From NCBI RefSeq assembly GCF_009914755.1, contig NC_060928.1: a stretch of DNA of 64,000 nucleotides. One strand, written 5' to 3'. Under the pieces are notes generated by a model, which had not been told where the DNA came from, did not search any database, and saw only the letters and a program-made list of their open reading frames with translations. Source of the stretch: the human T2T-CHM13v2.0 reference genome, Homo sapiens. A program made the position numbers and the translations under genes. Positions 56,480 to 64,000 of the stretch are shown in pieces. Position 1 is the stretch's first letter, and the number at the start of each line of letters is the position of its first letter.

Positions 56480-58705
56480 CACCGCATACTGTTTTGGGTA
56501 GCAGTGGTTCATTCATTTTCAAGCTATAAGTTGGTTCATTTTATAAACACACAAAACATGAATGAGCTGTTCAACTGCTGATGGACATTTCAGGTGTTTC
56601 CAATGTTGGCAACCATGAATAATGCTGCTGCACACATTCTCGTATGTAGGTACACATATTTGTGCATTTCTTTTGGGAATATAGCAAGGAGTGAAATTGC
56701 TAGCTTAAAGGGAAAGTTTTTATTCAGCTTTATTAGACAGTACCGAATAGTTTTGCAAAATGGTTGTACCAGTTGACACCCAAACAAGAGAGAATGAGAG
56801 TTAACTGTACGTTCTCTCCAGCATTAACTGTTGTTAGTCTTGGGGTTTTAAGCGGGCTGTTGTTGTAGCTCATTGCCGCTCTCTCCCTACGGGAATTTGT
56901 TGTTATTGTTGTTGTTGATGTATAATTATATTCAGTTTGTGGCTTGCTTTTTTATTGTGTGTTCCTTGAAAGAAGTTTTAATTTTGATTAAATGTAGTTG
57001 TTTTTTTCTTTCATGATTTGTTCTGAGTTCTCTCTAGGAAAACTTCGCATAACCACAGGTTGCAAAGATATTCTGTATTTTTCCAGGAGCTTTGTAGTTT
57101 CAGCTTTTCAATTTAAAAATGTAACATGTTTCAAGTAAATTTTTATACATGGCATAATATATGGACCAATTTTCAATCATTTTAATATAGATATTTAATT
57201 GACTATGTCCTTTCGGCTGAAAGTTTTCCTCACCTTATTGAATTATTTTGTCGCAGCCGAGCACAGCGGCTCGCACATAAAACTGCAGCACTTTGGGAGG
57301 CAAAGGCAAGAGCATCACTTTAGCTCAGAAGTTCAAAACCAGTTCTGGCAACTTGGCAAAACCTTGTCTCTACAAAAAATACCAAAATTAACTGGGTGTG
57401 GTGGCATGCACCTGTAGTCCCAGCTACTCAGGAGGCTGAGGTGGGAGGATCACCTGAGCCAGGGAGGTTGAGGCTGCAGTGAGCCACGATCATGCCACCA
57501 CACTCCAGCCTGGGTAATAGAGTGAGACTCTGTCTCGAAAAATAAAAATTAAAAAATAAATTATTTTGTTGCATTTTTTTGAAAGTTGATTGACCATGCA
57601 TTGTGGAGCTATATCTGAAATCTCCATTCTGCTCTGTTGATCAGTCTGTCTATCCACATGTTGATTTCACATCTCATGACAGCTCTATAATGTGCTTTAA
57701 AGTCAGGTGGAGTATGCTATCCAATTTTGTTATTCTTTTTGAAATTGTTTTGCCTATTCTGAGTCCTTTACATTCCATATATATGTCAGAATCAACTTAT
57801 CAATACATACTCCCCCTCAAAAAAAATTCTAACCTTGCTGCAACTTTGAAATTCAATTGCATTTATGGACGAATTGGGAAAAATTAATGACTTTACAACT
57901 ATGAGGATTATATATCTCTCCACGTACTTAGGTCTTTCTTGTTTTCTATTTTTTGATATTTATTTTATTGGAACTGATCTCTATAAATTTGTCTGTATAT
58001 AGAAATACAGAAAATTTATATATATATATACCTCATATCCTGAAGTCATGTTGATTTCAACTTATCCAATTTAGTATAAATGCAGATTTTTTCTTAGATT
58101 TCTGTGAGTTTTCTATATAAAATCATGTTATTTGCAAATATAGTTTTACTTCTTCATTTCCAATATTTCTTCTCTTTTATTTTTGTCTTTTTTTTCCTTA
58201 TTGCATTGGATTAGATATTTAGTAGAATAATTAATGCAAGTGGTGAGAGGGGACATATTCGCTTTGATTCTCATTTCGGGGGAAATGAGTTCAGTATTTT
58301 ACCATTAAGTGTAATGTTAGTTGTAAGATTTGCACAGATACCCTCTTTTTTTTGTCATCATGAATGAATGTTGGATTTTGTTAAATGTTTTTTCTGAATC
58401 TTGAGATGATCATCTGAGTTTTCTTCTTTAAATTATATTGATTTTTTTTCAAACTTTAACATAATAGTTTCGGGATAAACCTCACTTTGTGATGATACAT
58501 TATTTTTCTATAACATTAGATTTAATTTACCAAAATTTTGTTCTAGATTTTTGCATTCATGTTAATGAGGGATGCTGGTGCGTGTGTTCTTGTCAGAAGC
58601 TCTTGTCAGAGGTTTGTATTAGGGTTTTCTAAAAGCTTTTTTATGATTTGAATTATTTCTTCCTTAAATGTTTCATAAGAATTCATCCATGAAGCAGTCT
58701 GGGAT
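56480..58705 (-). mobile_element. Old L1M fragments, interrupted by an AluJ
   Basis: ORF 56590-56787 (CQLVQPFCKT..AISLLAIFPKEM) resembles a degenerate ORF2 C-terminus; T-rich antisense L1. Confidence 0.65.
57255..57558 (+). mobile_element. AluJ
   Basis: Diverged dimer; TSD aattattttgt(c/t)gca. Confidence 0.9.
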
Positions 58706-59190
58706 GATGTCGACCAGGGATAGAAAGGAAAACTGTGCCTGTTTTTAAATGAGCCTCCTTATTGCCAAACAGCCAGCTCCTGTGCTTTCTCCACAGCCTG
58801 GCTCAGTTCCACAGACCACCCTGGGCCACCTCTGCCTTCAGGGCCTCTTTGACTTCCTCCAGTCCTCATGTGAAATATGTATTTGTTGCCATCGTTCCTC
58901 CTTTTGTTTGCCATTTTCCTCATAATTTATTGTGTGGTTTATGTTTTATTAGTATTCTCCCCCTTCCCACGTACATCAGTGTGTCCTAGAACAGGTTCTA
59001 CCCTATAAGCTTCCATGTTTCTAACTCTCGGTGGGGTAACATACACACAGGTAGTCTCAGAAAATGACTTTGGAAGAGGTTAAGAGTGACGGAGATTATA
59101 ACCAGTAATATGAGTTCATATTACCAGTTTACAGCACAAATGCAGAGAAAACTTATTTTTGCTTGTTTCTGATTCCAGCTCCCAAATACT

Positions 59191-59194
<4 letters not shown>

Positions 59195-59233
<39 letters not shown>
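59195..59233. repeat. (CA)n microsatellite
   Basis: Direct reading. Confidence 0.95.
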
Positions 59234-59385
59234 TATGCTCTTCCTCTCCGAAGCCTTACTCTTAACCACACAAATTGTTCAATAGCCCCTAAGGGTTATT
59301 TAGGCCTAAAATATCAATGCTGAGTTTCAATGCTAGACAGAGAGAAAAACAGATAAATCTGATTTGTCTAATTGCACAGTTACTT

Positions 59386-59654
59386 TTTTTAACTTTTATT
59401 TCCAGTTCAGGGATACACATGCAGGTTTGTTACACAGGTAAACTTGTGTCATGGGGGTTTGTTGTACAGATTATTTCATCACCCAGGTATTAAGCCTAGT
59501 ACCCATTAGTTATTTTTCATGATCCTCTCCCTCCTCCCTCCCTCCACCCTCCAAAAGGCCCCAATGTGTGTTGTTCCCCTCTGTGTCCATGTGTTCTCAT
59601 CATTTAGTTCCCCCTTATAAATGAGAATATGCAGCATTTGGTTTTCTATTCCTG
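59386..59654 (-). mobile_element. Short 5'-truncated L1PA 3' UTR insertion
   Basis: Antisense L1PA 3' end; perfect 17-bp TSD taattgcacagttactt (59369-59385/59655-59671). Confidence 0.95.
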
Positions 59655-59657
59655 TAA

Positions 59658-60406
<749 letters not shown>

Positions 60407-61526
60407 TAAAGCCAAGACTTCAGCGTAAGTTGAAAGAAAAAAATGTGTCAATCAAGGGAGCGCATGTGTAAATAACAGCCAGAACATCTGCCCTGCTCCA
60501 ATAAAACAAGGCCATTCGCAGGTTTATTTCTAGACTGGCGACAGATGTCGAAAACTGTTGCGGTGCCGTGGTGCCAGCCGAAGACCCACCTAACAAACCA
60601 GCTCCTGTGCTCCGCTAAGAAAATTCACATAATAACTAAGAGCTCCACTGTATCTTTTTCTCCAGGGAAAGAAAACATTGATCAGTGATCACAAGTCCCC
60701 TGTTGACCTGGGGGTTGTACTTCTCATTGGAGTGGAAGGAACCACCTTTCTGATTTTCATATCTCAATTCTATGAGGTGATTATATCCACTGAGTACAGC
60801 TCTGATCTCTGTGCTGTCAGATCAGGTTCTCGATCCTGCATTCTGGAAAACCCAAACCTGGTCTGGGTTGAATTTGCCAAGGTAAAGCCAATCAGCTTTT
60901 TCCAAGTGATATTTAGCTTTCTTACAAGCACCCTTTCTTCAGACTGCAACACACACACACACACAGCACACACACACACCACACATTGGTCACAATTGGA
61001 GAATGCAAAACTCAATATTTTGAAAACTTATAAATAAAAGAAAACATTCAAGCATTTATTATGTCATTTTTTACCAACAATTTTAGGGAGTAACCAAATA
61101 CGAGATGAGAAGAATATATGAAAACAAACAATAAAATTGAATATAGTAATTTAGCAACTTCTCATGAATTAATGAATGACACTGATATTTAGATGGCTAC
61201 TGACACAATTTTAAAAAAGATAACCAGAAATACATGATTCCTGATGAGAAATACATAACTTCAGAAATAGTCTTGTCCTCCCAAAATTAAATAAACCAAT
61301 CAAGCAAAATCATATCAAGCCTTTATATTCAACTACCAATTTATTTAAAAAATACCGAAGATGGAGGAAGACATTGTAAAGCAGACCAGGATGTAATCTG
61401 GAAAATCCACACTGTGATTGTCAAAAGTTCTATAGAAAAGATAATCCATTTTCTTCAATAAATAAATTGTAAGAGAAAAAGAAGATGGATGAGAATCTAG
61501 AGAGCAAAATAAATGTAAACCAAGTC

Positions 61527-61826
<300 letters not shown>

Positions 61827-62839
61827 CAATGTTAGCTGTGTCTTAACCAATCATACCAGGAGACACATTGGATCCTGATTGGAACAAATTATTTTTTAAA
61901 TGACATTTATAAGATGACAGAAAATTTTAATATGCACATGATATTTTATAAGTTAAGAAATTGCTAAATTTTTATATGAGATAGTCATTTGGTGGTTGTT
62001 TTATTTAGAGTTCTTAGCTTCTCGAGATATCCTAAAAATTTTCAGGATAAAACTACATAATGTCCACGGCTTGCTTACTATGGGGGCCAGGAACTGGTGG
62101 GGTGTAGATGAAGCAGGATCATCTTCAACTGATGATTTTGGAACCTGGGTGATGGAAACACAGGTGTTGGTACACTATGAAGTCAAATTTACACATATTC
62201 GAAATGATTATTCAATATGAAAATTGAAAATACTATTTTTCATAATAAAAAGCTTATAAGTTCACAATAATAGCAGCAATCTGGAAATCCTCAGGTGATA
62301 TTTGTCACAGAATAATTGATTCAAGGTAGAACTTGTCGGACCCCGTGCTGTGCTGTGTATGAACAAAAGCAGAGTTCATTTTGTAGTTGTCAGATTCTTT
62401 TTATAACCTCAGGAAAAAAAAAGTGGATAACAGGACTGAAATATAGTGGTGTTACACTGAGAACCATTGAATTTTAAAGGTAGTAAAGAAAATATTAATG
62501 ACAGTTTTAAGAAATTCTATACACCATATGCTAATAAGTTGTTTTTATGCGTTTTCTAGGGTGGTAATTCAAGCAAAATTTGTTAACATGAATGAAGACT
62601 ATAATTTTTGCCATGTACGCACAAACATCTTACATATCAAGGAGAAATATAGCAATAAGAAGACATTAAAACAGCACAGAAAAGCTTTCAAATTTATTGT
62701 TTATTGGGTACAAAGAGGTATAATTTAAAATATATTTCCAGATTCCCGAAATACATCACCATAACTGAGTTAACTAATACACTCTCCTTTGGCCAATGAT
62801 ATGTATTACCCGAAAAGATCATAGAAAGGAGACTTTTAA

Positions 62840-64000
62840 GAGACAGATCATCATGGCGGACGGGAGGCAGGACTACATTGCAGCTCCCGACAGGGCAGCG
62901 TGCGGGGCTCGCATTGTGAATTTTAGCTCCAGATGGACTGCAGGAAGAAACCAGCAGTCCCGAGAGGACCCGCAGACCCTCTGAAGGAAGTGGGCTGCTC
63001 CTGCAGGACCCGGGAGACCCCCGCAAAAGTGTGAGTGCCCCAACTGCAGAAGTGGGAGAGGGAGACCCTCCTCTCCCAAACACACACCCCCACTGGGGAA
63101 GCTGAAGGTCTGTTTGCGGGAGAATTTCCAACTTTACCTGGAGCTGAGTCCGTCTGGGGAGCCCAGTGAGGTACAGGGGTAGAGGAAGCAGCGGAAAGGC
63201 CCGCGGAGCTCGCTGGGTCCCCGAGCAGCCCATTCCTGCTGGCACCACAGGGATCCATCGGGAGAGGAGGGAGTAAAACTCCACAGGGAGAAGGAAATCT
63301 CTAGCTGAGCGTTGTAACAGTTTGAACTGGGTGAGAATCCTCCTGGCCAGAACTAGGGCAGGGCACGAATCCGGGGTGCTGACTCCACAGGCGGGGGAAG
63401 AACCAAGCCTTTTTCTCTCGCAGCTGGGAGGCGGGTAGCCTGGGGCAGGTTTTCAGGCCTGTATCCCTCTCCGCCTGGAAACGGACTGGGGGCTGTTGGG
63501 GGGTGCACGGTGGGAGTGAGACCGGCCCTTTGGTTTGGGTGGGAGCTGGGTGAGCCCTGTGACTGCCGGCTTTCCCCTACTTCCCTGACAACCTGCATGA
63601 CTCAGCAGAGGCAGACATAATCCTCCCAGGTACATAACTCCAGTGACCTGGGAATCTCACCCCCAGCCCCCACAGCAGCCGCAGCAAGGACCGCCCAAGG
63701 AGAGCCTGAGCTCAGAGGTGCCTACCCCACCCTCACCTGAGGGTCCTTCCCTACCCACCCTGGTAGCAGAAGACAAAGGGCATATCATCTTGGAGTTCTA
63801 GGGCCCCGCCCACCGCCGGTTCCTCGCCACACTACCACAGCTGATGCTCTCTGGAAAGTGCCACTTCCCAGCAGGAGGCCAAACAGCACAAAAATAGAGC
63901 GCTAAACCCTCACAGAGTCCATTGCACTCTCCCTGCCTCCCATCGCCACCTCCACCAGAACAGGTGCTGGCATCCATGGCTGAGAGACCCATAGACGGTT
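62840..64000 (+). mobile_element. L1 5' UTR (L1PB/L1PBa-like), continues past the window
   Basis: Starts ..atcatggcggacgggaggcaggacta.attgcagctcc (ATGGCG YY1-type start); GC/CpG-rich L1 promoter-type sequence. Confidence 0.75.

Noticed and set aside
59105-59124. 9-bp-arm palindrome gtaatatga-gt-tcatattac
   Set aside because: Short and AT-rich; plausible by chance in 64 kb
62694-63284. 196-aa minus-strand ORF (ORF0-like?)
   Set aside because: Lies mostly in a GC-rich old L1 5' UTR where long ORFs arise by chance; no similarity to ORF0 that I can see

Overview
Primate (simian, probably human or great ape) non-coding genomic DNA. It carries AluJ/S/Y, L1, L2, MIR, MaLR and ERV LTRs, Tigger1 and MER30. 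I found no intact protein-coding gene, RNA gene or CRISPR array; almost every ORF in the track comes from repeats. The main elements are: (1) an LTR12-family solo LTR splitting an AluJ (5686-6928); (2) a long, old minus-strand L1M (~7.3-18.3 kb) hosting a full-length processed pseudogene of the ADP/ATP translocase SLC25A5/ANT2, three Alus, a near-full-length Tigger1 and a local inverted duplication; (3) a cluster of ERV LTRs at 40.3-45.8 kb, one attached to an unannotated env remnant with a gamma-type immunosuppressive domain and CX6CC motif; (4) a ~32-copy CpG-rich 51/52-bp VNTR that appears to have grown out of an ancient MLT1 LTR, with a 154-bp higher-order repeat; (5) a double-hairpin tandem duplication at an Alu tail; (6) an L1PB-type 5' UTR running off the right end. 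I cannot support a new biological system here; the best leads are structural or evolutionary. Subfamily names are from recalled consensus sequences, not a database search. Boundaries of old repeats are approximate unless TSDs are given.
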